A stretch of DNA of 64,000 bases from Trichoplax sp. H2 (taxonomy: Eukaryota). This document shows, piece after piece, positions 41,271-53,179 of the stretch; position 1 is the first letter of the stretch, and the number at the start of each line of letters is the position of its first letter. The stretch covers positions 1-64,000 of the forward strand of contig NOWV01000208.1 of NCBI GenBank assembly GCA_003344405.1, given 5' to 3'. Made by a program: the position numbers and the translations under genes. The notes beneath the pieces are model-generated. The model was not told the DNA's origin, searched no databases, and saw nothing but the letters and a program-made list of their open reading frames with translations.

Positions 41271-42377
41271 TTAGCCAGAAGCTGGCGTCGTCTGTGATAA
41301 GCTATGAAGTTGATCTTTTGATTGAACAGTATCTGGAGTAATTTGATTGGATGACATAAATTTCCAGTTATTGATTTTATTGCGTCGGTAGAGATCGTAA
41401 CAAGGGAATGCTTGACGAAAAGCAGGCATGAATGAAAAGTAGATTATAGGATTTTGTATGCAAGCGATAACGGTAATTAGAAAAGCGGCTTGTAAGATAG
41501 CTACTTGGCGAGGTGTAATGGCACTGAAATAAATGGCAAAATCAAGCCCTGATAAAGCAACAATAATAAAGGATATAAATAGGGGAAAACAGAATAAAAA
41601 AAATAAAACAGTAGCTATAATGAGCATTGCAATAATTCGAGTATGGCGCTTTCGATTATTTTGATATACTGGAGATGGAGTATTCTGATTAGTCATCAGA
41701 TTGTTGGTCAGAAAATGGATAATTTTGGAGTACATAATAATCATTATGATAAGTGGAATTATGTAGGCAACAACTAACAGACTCATAAAGTAGCCAACAT
41801 TAAATGCTAGGCTGATATTAATAATATTACACATCCACGGCGTCTTAGGGGTATAAGTTGCAATAAACAGCATTGGAATAGCCATAATTAATCCAATCAA
41901 CCAAGTTGCTGCAATAACTATAGTTAATCTTTTTCTAGTCTTAAATAGGGACCGGTTTCTCACCTTTGAAATTAATGTATAATGCCTTTCAATACTTATG
42001 GCGGCCAAAGTATAGGTGGATGAGACTAGTGAGACAGCGTTCAAGGATGGAGTAATTTTGCAAACGACCATTAATGTCGCTGAACTCCACACTTGGATAG
42101 AAGCGATATAATTATTACCGATAAGTAAAAACGCTGCAACCATAATGAAACAATCGGAAATAGCCATATTAAATAGAAGATAAAACGTTGAAGTATGAAA
42201 TTCCTTTTTTTTAATAATGATCCTGCAAATAATAAAATTAATGATGATCACTAATATGGTACTGGTTAAAACTAAAGGTATGGTCACAGTTTGTGAAAAT
42301 CCAGATCTACGTGAAGTATTGTTGGAAGTAGGGTCATAATCGCTTAAATTAGTCGAAGTGTTAGTTATAATCTCCAT
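41271..42377 (-). CDS. Intronless class A GPCR, subgroup B, 368 aa
   Basis: NMAISD, VCK…AISIERH, YIIP, FCFP, QNPIIY; Ser/Thr-rich C-terminal tail. Confidence 0.96.
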   Translation of the reverse strand: MEIITNTSTNLSDYDPTSNNTSRRSGFSQTVTIPLVLTSTILVIIINFIICRIIIKKKEFHTSTFYLLFNMAISDCFIMVAAFLLIGNNYIASIQVWSSATLMVVCKITPSLNAVSLVSSTYTLAAISIERHYTLISKVRNRSLFKTRKRLTIVIAATWLIGLIMAIPMLFIATYTPKTPWMCNIINISLAFNVGYFMSLLVVAYIIPLIIMIIMYSKIIHFLTNNLMTNQNTPSPVYQNNRKRHTRIIAMLIIATVLFFLFCFPLFISFIIVALSGLDFAIYFSAITPRQVAILQAAFLITVIACIQNPIIYFSFMPAFRQAFPCYDLYRRNKINNWKFMSSNQITPDTVQSKDQLHSLSQTTPASG

Positions 42378-43881
42378 TAAGATACTTTAAAGTCATTAAT
42401 AGCTGGTAAAATTTTGAATTTAATGTTGTTTTATTCAAATTCAGTACTAAAATGTAAAGTGGGTTCAGAGTATGATGGAAGAATTATTTTTAAGTAGTAA
42501 GAAGGCGTAAAGATTAGAGTGGAATCACGAAATATGAAATACGCTAAGGCTAAGAAATAATTTCATTTATAAGCCTGTATTAAAACAATATCTGAAAAGT
42601 CTTCTCTAATTGTTCTAAGTTCATAAGGATAAAATGGAGAATAATTTAAAATGAATTCAAAAAATGCCAGTAATTAATTGTATTCTCATTGCATATTCTA
42701 CCACACAAATGAATGTTAATGATATGCCTCAATATTCATATGTGAATCAGGAAGAAATTTATCATTTTGTCTTGAAAGGATTATATTGATTAGTGAAATA
42801 AAACTGTAGCAATTGAATTACTGTAGGACCAATTATTTATTCAATACTTGTAATTGCATCCATAAAATACCAATAGGAATGTACTGAAAAGGTACACATA
42901 AATTTTATGCTTAATAATTTATTAACAATTATAGCAGAATAGTATTGAATAGTTGCTTGTTCGAATATTGACGAAAGTGAATAGAAATATAAGTTTATTG
43001 TACTATTGTTTTATTGATTTCTTCTACCATAGGATAAGAATATTATTTGTTATAAATGAACCTATGTTAAAGCTTACTAAGCTAGTCAAGGCTTTTAAAC
43101 GAAAGTGAAATAGTCAGATCATATATGGATAATTTTTATAGTACCACATTGACTAAATTACGTTCCTACGTATTTTTATTATAATTGCCCAATATCAAAG
43201 TAAACTAGCTATCATTGTTTAGCAAATTAATTTTTCTACAATACTTAGCTACTAAATATCTGAAGCGCAGTGGAAGTACCTTACTGTGGTAGTGATCCTT
43301 ATTAAAGGATATTTTTATTTCAATAGTTAAGCATAAGATAAGAAGTTGATATGAAATAAATTCCAATTTTGTGATAGATAAGTCTGTGGATACTTTGTTC
43401 CCTATACGTTCTTACTGCTTAGACCTTAACGTCTAGGAATATGTTTCAAAGGACTATAAGGCTACTGGAGTGTCTATAATAATGGGCTACCGAATATATC
43501 ATAAGATAAATATAGAAAAGACTCTACCGTACATAATACTACACATTGCTAATAGTTTAGAATTACTACATTATTTTACAAGTTCGTAACATTCTACAAT
43601 CGCTGAAGATGATTATAAATTTGCACCAATTAATTAATCAGCTCATCGAAGATCGTTATAGTGCAGCTGGATGAACGCTGTAGTTAGTATCTTACACTTT
43701 GCTTAAGCTATGTATTATGTGATTTCAATAAATAATATCACTACATGCTCCTGATTTGTAAATTAAACGTATAGTTTAATGTTATGTCATTTTAGCTTAA
43801 GATTTTAAATAAGATAATTTGAAAGATTATAATAAGAGATATTTTAGTTATCTTCTTATGGATAAAGTTCTCGTTTTATTG

Positions 43882-44898
43882 TCATAACAGGAAGGAAGTT
43901 TGTCGCCTTTTTAGACGAAAGGATTGCTTTAAAGCATTCTTAAGTACCTTGCTACTCAATATATAAATAACAGAATTTTCAATACACGATATCGTTACCA
44001 AAATAAATGCAACTTGAATTAGAAAGGCAGCCGCAGGACTAAGAGAACTTGAGTATTCACTTAGCGATTGACCAGCTATGGTAGCTATAAGGATAGCAAT
44101 AACATGAGGTAAAGTAGTTAGCAAGTAAGATATTGTTGCTATAATCATCATTTTTATAATTCTAGACTTGGATTTTTTCGAATTACGGAATGCTAGACCT
44201 CGAAAACTACTAGAACTAATATGTGTTCTTAAATAGATTACAAGTTTGAAGTACATAATGGTGACTAAAAGTGACGGTAAGAAAAAGTTAAGAATATAAT
44301 AAGTAAATAAATATGAAGTGTTGATAACACCATAATTTGCGACATCACATATGTAAGGCTGATCTGGATTAATAGATACCAACAAAAATATTGGAAAACT
44401 ACTGATAATAGAGTAAATCCAAATGATGAGAATAGAAAATTTAATTTTGTAGTCACAGTTCAGGCTAAATTTTAGTTTTCGAATGGTTTTTCTTGTTAGT
44501 GTGTTATAGCGATCAATACTAACGATAGCTAACGATATTGTTGACACACTAAAACCAATATTAAGGATATATAGAGATGTTCGGCATACAGTTTCTAAAG
44601 TCAATGAATATCCAGTTTGAGCAGCAATAGTGGCAGTGATGATTGTTTGAGCAACACTCGCAATAAGAGTTATCAAATCTGATAGGCACATATTGCAGAT
44701 GATAATAAAAGTGGCGGTATGAAGTTCTTTCTTTTGGATTATATTATAACAAACAAAGCCGTTGGAACATATACCAAATACACATATCAAACTTGTCAGG
44801 CGTAAGCTTAAAACGATAGATTCGGCATTTTCAGCTATTAACTCTATTGAAGTATTAGATGATGACGTCGATATTTCCGTTACCAGTGATGACACCAT
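43882..44898 (-). CDS. Intronless class A GPCR, subgroup A, 338 aa from first ATG
   Basis: ORF-track start at 44913 is TTG; the first ATG (MVSSL) is at 44898. NMCLSD, VSIDRY, FFLP, TTLPHV, ENSVIY. Confidence 0.95.
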   Translation of the reverse strand: MVSSLVTEISTSSSNTSIELIAENAESIVLSLRLTSLICVFGICSNGFVCYNIIQKKELHTATFIIICNMCLSDLITLIASVAQTIITATIAAQTGYSLTLETVCRTSLYILNIGFSVSTISLAIVSIDRYNTLTRKTIRKLKFSLNCDYKIKFSILIIWIYSIISSFPIFLLVSINPDQPYICDVANYGVINTSYLFTYYILNFFLPSLLVTIMYFKLVIYLRTHISSSSFRGLAFRNSKKSKSRIIKMMIIATISYLLTTLPHVIAILIATIAGQSLSEYSSSLSPAAAFLIQVAFILVTISCIENSVIYILSSKVLKNALKQSFRLKRRQTSFLL

Positions 44899-45758
44899 AT
44901 TTAAGGGAAGCAATAGGAATTACAATTCTTCTTTGTAAGTTTATACGGGCAACTGCGATGTAATTTAATATCAAGATATATTTCATGAGCTAATTAGATT
45001 TTCACTTAAAATTTAGGATATATATTTTGAATATAATCGATAATGAAATCATAAATATTAATGATTTAATAACAACTATTTGTCACATATATCCCATAGC
45101 TATAAAATGTATAGAGGATTACACACATATACCGAATAATGATTTATTGAAACCTATAATTCCAACAGCGTTACAATTATTATTAAATCTTACAAAAGAT
45201 CGATCCCGAGTTATTAATGTAGGAGGAAATTTTTATTTTGATGAACAATCACACATGCTATTCATAAAGCCGTCTCTCATGCGTATACTAATCCCGTGCA
45301 AGATAAGTTTTCACCTCGCGCTACATTAAAAGTTGGGATATGAAATAGAATAAAACATTCTATCATATTTGTAAAGGTAAGTGCTGACGGCAAAATCTAA
45401 TTGTTAGCAATGGCATACGTTAATGATAGCGTAGGTTTTCATTCAATTTTTTAACAAAGATGTGACATAAGTTGAATGCCAACTTCATAATGAGCTATCA
45501 GAATTTATTAAAGATATAAAATAATCATTTGGGCTGAAACAGCGTTCTAAACTACGATATAAAAATTTTGTAAAGTCATTTATAATTTATGTGTTTTTCA
45601 GAATTTAAGGATTAGAAAATAATACATTAATTTTTTTAAAGATTTGGTTATTAATTACGTTGAGATGAAATAGTGGCAAAGAGGCTTCAATATTAAATAT
45701 TGTAATATGATTATAGCCATGATATCGTACTTAAAGATGATTTATGACTTTCAGTTTT

Positions 45759-45930
45759 TGTAGTGCCTGGGTTTTATAACCCTTTAAGTTCGCAATCATC
45801 CGACTCAAATCTGAGTAATTGAAATTGAGTAAGTTTCTAACTTGGCTCAAGAATGCAAGTATAGTAGACTATTCTACTTCTTAATGCTACCTTACTTCAA
45901 TTAATACTGTTATTAGCTAAAACTACTACA
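45759..45930 (-). mobile_element. Internally deleted family R LTR
   Basis: Retains both ends (TGTAGTGCCTGGG… and …AACTACTACA) homologous to the 8635 and 54851 copies; TSD not clean. Confidence 0.65.
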
Positions 45931-45968
45931 ATTATATATATAGTACGTCCTGCTTTGATGTGTGTAAT

Positions 45969-46736
45969 TGTCACAAAACGGCTTTGCAACAAGATAACGC
46001 AATATACGATCAATAAGTCAATTCCTTGAACCACGTATCAACGAACGATATCTGCACTATCACAAACACTTTTGCTCTACTAGCAGACTACACAAAGACT
46101 TAAACGCCTCGTATTTTACGTTAAACACTAAGTTGGAGAAATCTTCTTTATTTCACGATATACTGCATTTATATACCATTCCTCAATAGTTCATGAGTCA
46201 TAGTTAATACAATTAACATTAAAATCATTTACTGAATTAGATATTAATTTTAGCTACTGCTCCCTTAATGCAGACAACAGTATTTACGAACATAGTACAG
46301 AATAGTCAGATTACGATATGTCCTATCACGGAACATTTCCATGATAATTTACAGTCTACCATAAGTAAATTACAATCACAATGATTCGAACTGTCAGCAG
46401 ATGATTTGCATTCCCTATTATAACTATTAATTTCAGTATGTGTATAAGTGTCACTGTCATAAAAAGTCAGTGCTATATTAAAACACAGTACATCCAAATT
46501 AGAAGTTAACTAAATAAGGATAGTCTAACAGAATTATCCTAACATAGTTATTTCTACTGTAATACAGTATTTAACACTGTAACACTCCCCCCACCTTAAA
46601 CTGTGGTCAGGGTATCAAATTTTAACATGAAGTACATTACAACATGAAATAATACAGCGCTAAAATAATAATCATTTTAAGTATTGCTTAAACGTTACAA
46701 TAATCTAGACAAAGTATCAGCAGCATGGTTATCTTA
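45969..46736 (-). mobile_element. Family M 3' LTR (45969-46584) with polypurine tract and pol C-terminal remnant
   Basis: On the minus strand AAGGTGGGGGGAG (46585-46597) directly precedes TGTTACA; 46733-46695 translates to DNHAADTLSRLL*; left TSD GTAAT at 45964-45968. Confidence 0.9.
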
Positions 46737-47971
46737 AGCAGTAGCTAAAATTAATATCTAATTCAGTAAATGATTTTAATGTTAATTGTATTAACTATGA
46801 CTCATGAACTATTGAGGAATGGTATATAAATGCAGTATATCGTGAAATAAAGAAGATTTCTCCAACTTAGTGTTTAACGTAAAATACGANNNNNNNNNNN
46901 NNNNNNNNNGATGAGACTAGTGAGACAGCGTTCAAGGATGGAGTAATTTTGCAAACGATCATTAATGTCGCTGAACTCCACACTTGGATAGAAGCGATAT
47001 AATTATTACCGACAAGTAAAAACGCTGCAACCATAATGAAACAATCGGAAATAGCCATATTAAATAGAAGATAAAACGTTGAAGTATGAAATTCCTTTTT
47101 TTTAATAATGATCCTGCAAATAATAAAATTAATGATGATCACTAATATGGTACTGGTTAAAACTAAAGGTATGGTCACAGTTTGTGAAAATCCAGATCTA
47201 CGTGAAGTATTGTTGGAAGTAGGGTCATAATCGCTTAAATTAGTCGAAGTGTTAGTTATAATCTCCATTAAGATACTTTAAAGTCATTAATAGCTAGTAA
47301 AATTTTGAATTTAATGTTGTTTTATTCAAATTCAGTACTGAAATGTAAAGTGGGTTCAGAGCATGATGGAAGAAAGATAGAGAAGATGATATCGTATTTA
47401 AAGATGATTTATGACTTTCAGTTTTTGTAGTGCCTGGGTTTTATAACCCTTTAAGTTCGCAATCATCCAACTCAAATCTGAGTAATTGAAATTGAGTAAG
47501 TTTCTAACTTGGCTCAAGATTGCAAGTATAGTAGACTATTCTACTTCTTAATGCTACCTTACTTCAATTAATACTGTTATTAGCTAAAACTACTACAATT
47601 ATATGTATAGTACGTTCTGCTTTGATGTGTGTAATGTATAAGTAGCAGTGATCAAATATACAATAAAAGTGCTGCCTAGCCGTAAATTTGCCTAAGATTT
47701 GTAACATATGAAGTAGAAATTTATGTGGTATACCTTTGTATAAAATTTTAGTACCTTTGCTGGCCTATACCTATGAAAGTGTCCTTGGAANNNNNNNNNN
47801 NNNNNNNNNNAGTGTTTAACGTAAAATACGAGGCGTTTAAGTCTTTGTGTAGTCTGCTAGTAGAGCAAAAGTGTTTGTGATAGTGCAGATATCGTTCCTT
47901 GATACGTGGTTCAAGGAATTGACTTATTGATTGTATATTGCGTTATCTTGTTGCAAAGCTGTTTTGTAACA
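46737..47971 (+). mobile_element. Inverted 3' part of a family M LTR, split by scaffolding (46737-46889 plus 47811-47971)
   Basis: The two pieces share the 21-mer AGTGTTTAACGTAAAATACGA at their gap edges; ends GTTTTGTAACA followed by TSD GTAAT at 47972-47976. Confidence 0.8.
46910..47790. other. Probable alternative-haplotype contig between two N-gaps, including the 5' third of the 41271-42377 GPCR
   Basis: 46910-47374 matches 42019-42483; 47386-47635 matches 45719-45968; 47636-47790 matches about 47977-48131. All are near-identical. Confidence 0.88.
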
Positions 47972-49219
47972 GTAATGTATAAGTAGCAGTGATCAAATAT
48001 ACAATAAAAGTGCTGCCTAGCCGTAAATTTGCCTAAGATTTGTAACATATGAAGTAGAAATTTATGTGGTATACCTTTGTATGAAATTTTAGTACCATTG
48101 CTGGCCTATACCTATGAAAGTGTCCTTGGAAGGTCAGTAAAGCTAGAAAGCCATTTATAAAAAGTTGCCGTTAATGGATACCGTTGTAGAAGACTGGTGT
48201 AAGTGACAAAATACGCTAATATTCAAGTAAATAATTAACAACGAGCAACTAAAATAGGGTGTTAGGCGACGGTTGTAGTTAGTTGATAAATTAGTAAATA
48301 CGTAGTGCATTAAATACTAGGTATGAATGCTTAAAATTCTAATAATAAAAATCAAGAAATTAATTCATATTGTGAAGTTCCAAATCAGTTTATTGGTATC
48401 CAGTAAAAGTTATGTTTAAATAAAAATGTGTATCGCCAAGAAATTTTTTTATGATTTCTTACCGAAATATATATCCCTTGGATTTAATTAATGACAGTCT
48501 AAATTTCCGATTAATAAGGCTAATTTAATTATATTACTTGGATATAGCTTTAATATCACTTATCGTGCCATTTCATATCAGTTATGACTGAATCAAAAAT
48601 TATTACCAGCAATTACGTATGGAATGGATAAAGAATTAATACTTATTTGTGAATAAGAATGATAAAGTATTACAACTAGGGCGATTAATTTATGAAATAC
48701 GTTCTTTGATGTATTTTTAGAATAGAACCTGAGATAAGTCATTAAGTCGGCGATATCAGCACCAGATACAAAAATATAATTATAAACCAGGTAAAAGTAT
48801 GAGGGGAACGTTTGAAAAGGGTTAAGATCAGAGTTATGGTCTTATAATTGGAAGAAAAAAGATTTAATTATCACTATAGATGCAGCTGGAATAAGGTAGA
48901 TGCACCATACAGCACTTTTAAGAATGATTTGACATGTACAATATTAAATTTTTACATTTATTGAATCGCAATTTTTTTTGTACAGACGTACTAGTAATTC
49001 AGTAAGCAATCAATGTTACCTGATTGATAGAGAGTATAATAGTAGATTTAGATCGTTAATCATTGACTTGATTAATTATTAATCCTTAAATATTGGCAGG
49101 TTAGCTTGTTAATGGAATTTCCATGCAACCGACATCTATTAAATTAATTTGAATTTTACAATGGTACATATGACCCTTTTTCCAAATAAAATTAGTCAAA
49201 ATTGAGTCATTCTTCTATA

Positions 49220-50243
49220 AATTAAAGGATGAAATGCAATTAGAAGATTGAATTCTACGACAGCAAGATGCTTTACAAGGTAAAGTCTTCGCAATGTTTA
49301 GTTCATACAAAAGTAAAGAATTGGATTTTGTAAACAAGCTAAGTAGGTAAGAACATATCAAAATAGTGCTAGTTTAGCTTGTGGTGAAGAAATACTGGAT
49401 AAGAAATTCGCGAAACTTTTACCAGATAAAGTAATAAATAACGTGAACGATAAATAAAGGCGAAGCTACAAAAAGAAATATTCAAGTAACGACAGATAAC
49501 ATTTTAATCAGCTTGATATGAAGCTTATTACTCTGTGTGAAGATGGATGAATTCCAACGATTGTGAGTTCTGCTGAATAATCTAGCGATAGTTTTGGCAT
49601 ATATGATAACAATTACAATTAGCGGTATAACATAGCCAATAATGCTAAACAAGCTAAAGTATGTAATATTAAATATCTCGCTAATATTATTGATATCGCA
49701 TATCCTAAGTCTCGCTGTATTAACGTTAGCTAAAACTAGAATTGGTATTCCTACTATTGCAGCAATGAACCACATTGATCCAACGGCAATAATTAATTTA
49801 TTTCTAGTATTATACAAGGGTCGTTTGTGATTTCGTGTAGCGATGATAAAATAGCGATCGATGCTGATAGCGCTTAAGATTAAGGTAGAAGAAATTAAAC
49901 AAGTTAAATTTATAAAAAAATATCAATTTGCAAGCTATAGTCGAAAACAAATTTGGCATTTCTGTCATAGATAGGACTCCATTAAGTTATGACATTAGTA
50001 ATCCAGTTAAAAGAATCATTCCATCTGAAATAGCCATGTTAAAGATTAAGTGAAATCTTAGTGTATGAAATCTTTTCGTCTCGATAATCGCCTTGCAAAT
50101 CAAGCCGGTGGTAGTACAGCCAAGTGATGTAATGACGAGCATAGAAGGCACAGTAAATGAAGGATTAATATCTCTGATACTACTATTGCTAGCGATATGC
50201 AAAGTCCTACGGTTATGTTTCTCCCGTATACATTTGAAGACAT
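49220..50243 (-). pseudogene. GPCR pseudogene, subgroup B
   Basis: FNMAISDG, IACKL, SAISIDRY, GYVIP and CLQNPILYF are spread over several frames with stops at 49987 and 49482. 3' end approximate. Confidence 0.92.
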
Positions 50244-51168
50244 CTTCGTACCGGTAATTTGCTTATTACAATTATTAGTAGTCCTCATAAAATTAGTAAC
50301 AGTAGATACTTGAAATGAAATTTATTGAGGTAGCATTATGGAATAACCATTCCGGAAGTAAATGGATTGAGTTATGGAATTTGGAGGTGTTGGGGGCATA
50401 CTTGGCTGTTGCAGCCTTAGCATTAGTACAGATTCTAAGACCCAGGTTTCTTTGTCGTGGACTGAAAACGACAGGAAGGTGTTTATACTGTCTGTGCATA
50501 TCTTGGTATTATATTGGTTGATCAGATTATACTCTCTTCGTCAATAGGTACTTGAGCTACTACACATCACCGTAGTAACGTCATTGATCTGAAATTTATT
50601 TCTTCGTATAGCTTAATAGTAATTAAGAAATTGATTTGATTGCAGTCATTTATTAAGGTCAACATTACATATTTTAACAGAGGTCCCTACGTCTACATTT
50701 TCCTGTATTTGTTCATTATCAGAATATAATGTTTAATAATCCTAATTACCTTCCTTTCAAGTAAACACGAACATTTGTGTAGAATACCATACATTATTTT
50801 TAATTTACTTATCTACTTTAATTTAGGAATTTCCATAACATAAACACTAGCTAAATTTGCTTTTTGATACAGGTATAACAATATCCTGTCATAGCCGTAA
50901 AAGTTATGAAAATATCAATCCTTTTTTCTCATAATTGAATTATGAATACGAAATAGATAATAATATTTTTCATCCTTTGATAAAAAATATGTTCTATATA
51001 AATGCCATCGCTAAATTTTCCTAGGATACAAGTAATTGCATTGATATTGAATGACTTGTTATAAACCTAATTTAAACCTATCGTTAACATTAATAATGAT
51101 AAAAATATCAATAATAACAACCTAATTCACTTAGTCTTGAATTTTTGTCGCCTAATTTGGATACAAAA

Positions 51169-51437
51169 TGTAGTGAAAGAACCCCTAACCGCAGATTTGT
51201 AATGCGATTACTTAAAATATGAGCTCTTAAAGATGTGTCCTAAATAGTAAAAGCCATTTTATTGACTTTCAAAATTACATTTATTGCGTTCGTCTGTAAG
51301 AGAGCAAATCCAATTTCTTTCCCTCACATAAACAGTTGCAATTGGCTAAGATAAACTGAATAATCGACATAAGCTTAAGCCTCTATAATTACAATTCCAT
51401 ACAACTTTTGAAGTAACAATCAAATGCTCCGCTACAA
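51169..51437 (-). mobile_element. Truncated family R LTR
   Basis: Homologous to about 8635-8925 and 59690-59965 (ATTGACTTTC…ACAGTTGCAATTGGCTAAGATAAAC). Confidence 0.65.
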
Positions 51438-53179
51438 AGGTTATATTGCTACTAATTTCTGAATGAATACTTTCGATTCTAACGCCATGGCTAAAAACAA
51501 TTTAATTTACTCAAGTCGAATCAGTTTATTTAAAGGTGTACAAATAATTGATGGTATTTCTTGCGATATTCGAACTGAAACGAGTCTTTTTCAACTATAT
51601 TTATACAAATCTCACATGTAAATCTGTATCAATAATAATATATTTAAACAAATGAAATTCATATACATCGTATATCAAGTTGATTATCGGCCTATTTAAT
51701 ATTTATACGATGATTTAAAAATAGTTTTAATCTGTCAAGTAAGGATGAATACGTAAAGATGATAGAAATGTCAGAGATTGCCTTAACATTGAGAAAAAGC
51801 TTATTTCACTCTATCCTAGTTCTCGTATTCCGTTGAATTTTGGGCGGTAATAAATTATGAATAGTCCTAAATTTAAATCTTTAAATTAAATTGAAAATAA
51901 AAGAGAGTTTAGTACATGAAAGCTATAAAATCTATTAGAAAGGATATACCAACAAAAGATTATTTCAATATATGAAACTTTTAAAATGGAAGGTCGTTAT
52001 CGACTTTAGAACCGCCTAAGTCGTTACATTAAAAAGTGTTTCCATGAAAGCCTCTAAACACTAAGCTTAAGTAGTAGATACGCTGCCATGTTGTTTGTGC
52101 GCGTGCAGTGCGATGACATCTTATGCCCAATGGTGCAATTAGTGTACTTCATTCTACCATTTTTTGCCGAGGCTATGGTAAAGGAAAAATAAACGACGTA
52201 GCGAGCGATATTATAATATAACTTTTATGTATTTTCTAGTCAGGCAATGCCGGGAAGCTGTTGCTACTATCTTTGTATATTACTATTTAAATAAGATAAA
52301 GAAAATTTATTTCATTGTTATAAGAATTAAGTCTCTGTTAAACTACTCAAATAGACACATTGAAATGACAATAAAATTTAAATAATTGAAAGAAAGTTAG
52401 TTTATTACTTTATAGGACTTCGAAGCAACGCTTAACTAAATCAAGTAGGGTATCTACCAATGCGTGTGCTATAATTCTATTCCCAGCAATCCTTAATTAT
52501 AACCAAAAACGAGCTTTTTCGATAACTCCCTTACTTAATGTCCTAATTAGCAGTTGCTTAAATCAATACTTCTTAATTTAGTTCAACATATAATGTAGTA
52601 ATTCTTCTTGAATTAACGATTTATATCAGTCATAGGGCAATAATGTAATTGTCACTCTAGGTGTAATCTTCTTACTAGTCGTTAACAAGATTGCTGTTTC
52701 AAACAAATTATTAAATTTCTTTAATGGACTTACATTGTTTATAATAAAAATTTAAATTCTACATCCATTATAATTCTCTACAACTATTTATTTGGCGTGC
52801 AGTAAAGAGTTACATAAAATTAATTAGAAATAATATCCCTCACAAAACAAAAAAATTAAGAGTAAAACTGTAATTGTATCATTACACTCATTATGACAAA
52901 GTCCTACGGCATATTCCTATGTAATTACTATGAAACCGTTTAAAACAATTTGATATAGTGACTGAATTTCTCATTAATGCTGAAAGTATTTATTATAGTT
53001 ATTGATGTGCAGTTCTGTAAGATCTGATAATAGTCCTTGTATTACTATCTACATAAAGAAAATAAAATCTTCCAAATGAGATCCTGTTCATGTTCCTAAT
53101 TTTCAATCGAGCCTTAAGGTTAACCATGGTACCAGAAATAATTACAGGCATAGAGAGAATAATATCATACTCTATCGAA

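Noticed and set aside
29629..46497. Recurrent short ORF xDILCFNIALTFYDSD… (29629, 33683, 46306)
   Set aside because: Lies inside family M LTRs, starts at TTG, and its 3' end varies between copies; repeat homology explains the recurrence.
46867..47268. Additional GPCR gene
   Set aside because: Runs into an N-gap and is near-identical to 42019-42377; best explained as the other allele.
52235..52270. CAGGCAATGCCGGGAAGCTGTTGCTAC resembling a Helitron 3' end
   Set aside because: Degenerate hairpin, no CTAG, no second copy in the window.
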